Shown here: one piece after another, positions 61,387 to 64,000 of the stretch | Layout of the letters: every line of letters starts with the position of its first letter | Numbering within the stretch: position 1 is the stretch's first letter | Source of the DNA: Enoplolaimus lenunculus | Lineage: Eukaryota | Direction: 5' to 3' | Length of the DNA: 64,000 nt | Assembly (NCBI GenBank): GCA_030248215.1 | Contig: JASANG010000424.1 | Span: 1-64,000 of the forward strand | The notes under the pieces: generated by a model | Told to the model about the DNA's origin: nothing | Seen by the model: the letters and a program-made list of their open reading frames with translations, nothing else | Database searches by the model: none | Program-made: the position numbers and the translations under genes

Positions 61387-64000
61387 CAAAATGTTTCAAA
61401 CAGTTGTAGTCGAGTACTTCGAAGATAAAGTTCTTCAATTTGGCAACAAGCATTGAAATTAAACGAAAACATTAAACGTCCAATTGAAAATTTACAAACT
61501 TTCAGTAAATTTTGCTGTTTTTGTTTCGATCAACTATTGGTGTAGCATTTTTTAACTTAAGGTTTAGTAGTAGGCTTAGGCTTGATTTGAAAATTAATCT
61601 TCGACCTTGGCCTAAGTGGCAGAATAGTTTTAAAGTTTAGTCGTCAGTTTTGAGATGAGTTATTAGCTTAGGGTTTTCGCAGTCTCAGACTAAAACTACA
61701 GACTAGATGATTTAGTTACGTAATTAGGATTAGACACAAGTTTTGATTTGGACATAATGAATAACCTTATTTTTGGATATGGTCCATAACATTGTTCTCA
61801 AATGTGTGTAGCACCTGTCACCAGTTCGTACTCTGCCAAAAACGGTGAGTCAAGTTTTTACGAAGTACACAAACTGAGTCAAAATTCGACTTCATCAGAG
61901 TCAAATTCGACACACTAAGCGCCTCGGACGAGTCGAATTTGACTTTGGCGGAGTTGAATTTGACTCAGTTTGTGTGGTCCGAAAAAGCCTATTTTGGAAA
62001 CAGTCAATTTGACTCACCATTTTTCGCAGTGTAATAGGTCTTGAAACTTTCAAATCACAGAACAGAGAGCTCAACAATTCATCACAATTTTCAGATGTTT
62101 AATTTAGCGTATTTCTGTGCAAAATGTGACATTTGCAACAGCAGCAATTCGTGAGTTTGAAAACCTATTACAAACTGGCCATAGATGCTATACACATTTG
62201 AGAATATAGGCGCTTGTCTCAAACTTTAATGCTGACGACTATGCTTAGCTTGAATGCAAGATTAAAGCAAACGGAAACATTGCAGAAAATTGTTCTTAAA
62301 ATATAACACATAGCATTTTTGAATTTAATTCAACGAAATAATTGAAGTACTGTTATGAAAAAATCGCTATTAGATTAGATATTAGTCAAACGAAACATTT
62401 TCACTCAACCTGACACTTTAAGCCTAAGGTTTAATTAAACCTAAGCCAAAACTTAATCCTAAGTCTAAGCCTCGCATAAGCTACAACTTAAAGCAAAAAG
62501 TGTGCGTCTAAAACTAAGCTTAAGCTAAGCTAACGCTTGTTCTTGAACAAATGGTATACGAAAGTAGCTTCCTATATTAACATACGTTTACATCAAGCTA
62601 ACTTTCACTTATGTGCATTTAGGCTTAGTCTTATGCTTTAGCTTTAGGACAACGCCTACATAAAACTAATCCTTAGCGTTTGTCTAATGTAGTCGCCGGA
62701 ATAAGAGGGGGCCGCGAGTAATAGTTATTTTTTCCCTGCAGTGCGTATCCCCTACTGTTATTTGTTTTTAAGTCACCTTAGTTAAACCTGAAACCCGTTT
62801 TTGTAATCTGTTTTGGCCAGAACTGACTTAACCTGAAGCATTTTTGTTGATTGGTTTGTCTGTTAATATTTTTTCTGGATTTATTAAAATTTATATTGGT
62901 TGTGCCAGTTACATGTTTCCACAGTCTAGGCTTCTGTTCTGCTTTAGTGTCTTTTATGGACTCTGATTAGGACTTACGAACACTATACACTAACGCGCTC
63001 TAATAACAAATACCCATCCGTATTGATTGCAACTCAAAATGGAAACCTTCTCTTATTACCCCTTCATATTCGACTCACAATAAGTCATTACGTAAAATCT
63101 AAGCCTCAGTCTACGCCTAAACCTAAGCCTTAACATTAAATGTAAGACTGGGATTTAAATTCATTAAGGCATAACAAGAAAATGGCATATTTTTTGTTAC
63201 ATTTAAACTGAAAAAAAAACGTTAAAAGTAGCATTGGACCCTGGCTGGTGACCATCAAACCTTACAGTTATGCCTGCGTGGAACTCTTACGTCAGCACAA
63301 AAAACTCTCATTCTCGTTAATATTGAGAAACGTTCGAGTTGAATGAATTAAAGAGTCTTTTTTGAAATACATGAAAACGGTATAGAATTTCACATGGACA
63401 AGAAAATACAAGAAAAAAACCACAAACACAGTTAGAGTGAAAAAACAAACAAAAAATAACATGTATATCCAGCTATATATACGTATATATGTATAAATGT
63501 ATATGTACATATATACATATATATTTATATATATATTATTAACGCAACATCGACTGAAAACCTAAATACCACGATAGTGCATCTTCAGGCAAGTTTGGCC
63601 AGTATTAAACCTATTTCTACAACAGTCTATTAAAGTCTCAACTACAACATAAGGATAAGCTTAAAACTAAGCATACGCCTAAACCCATTAAGTGTAAGTG
63701 TTTGAATAATGCAAAAACCTGACAAAGATATAACCGCGACGAGACTATAATGCAACACAGCACAGTGGTCATCGCGTTTGATCTTAGCATAAGTTGAACC
63801 GACACTCGTTTGGATAGCTCAAAGTTTCAGTTGTTTTCTGTGTGCGGGGGGAAATTAAAACCGCTGTGTCAAATTCTAGGTTAAAATAACGGTGCCCAGG
63901 TGGAAGCTTCAAATATTAATCAGTTGAAATCTGGTCAACACTGTATTATTGTACGCTTGGTCATTCAACTCTTGTGTTAATAATCATTTGTATTCTCAAA

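Noticed and set aside
60912..61456. Five long ORFs (polyQ/T/N or polyL/V/C)
   Set aside because: They arise from a trinucleotide microsatellite. Single-base interruptions rotate the frames, and there is no convincing exon context.
51404..64000. Autonomous transposase or additional genes in the last 12 kb
   Set aside because: No long ORF or phase-consistent exon chain was found. Small upstream exons cannot be excluded by eye.

Overview
AT-rich, intron-rich eukaryotic DNA, very probably from a nematode. The evidence is TTTCAG-type acceptors, a nematode-type CC domain and abundant TTAGGC repeats; the species cannot be determined from this window. Five multi-exon genes were reconstructed by hand with phase-consistent GT-AG junctions: a SMYD (SET+MYND) protein (-), RNA polymerase III subunit RPC4/POLR3D (+), an unrecognised multi-pass membrane protein that the ORF track mostly misses (+), a secreted chitin-binding (peritrophin-A-like)/CC-domain protein (+), and a stomatin with a Pro/Gln-rich tail (-). 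Introns and intergenic DNA are packed with short non-autonomous DNA transposons, often nested: two CACTG-ended families with 2-bp TSDs, a TTAA/CCC piggyBac-type element carrying a tRNA-Gly-like segment, a TTAGGC-carrying family, and hAT-like and other MITEs. No transposase is visible. The most notable observation is that the CACTG palindromic MITEs carry a GTGAGT donor at nt 15 and a (T)nGCAG acceptor 2 nt from the other end. Splicing would therefore leave exactly 18 nt in frame, and one copy appears to sit inside a coding exon, making it a candidate intron-generating (introner-like) element. Gene models are manual and lack transcript support, and repeat boundaries are approximate.
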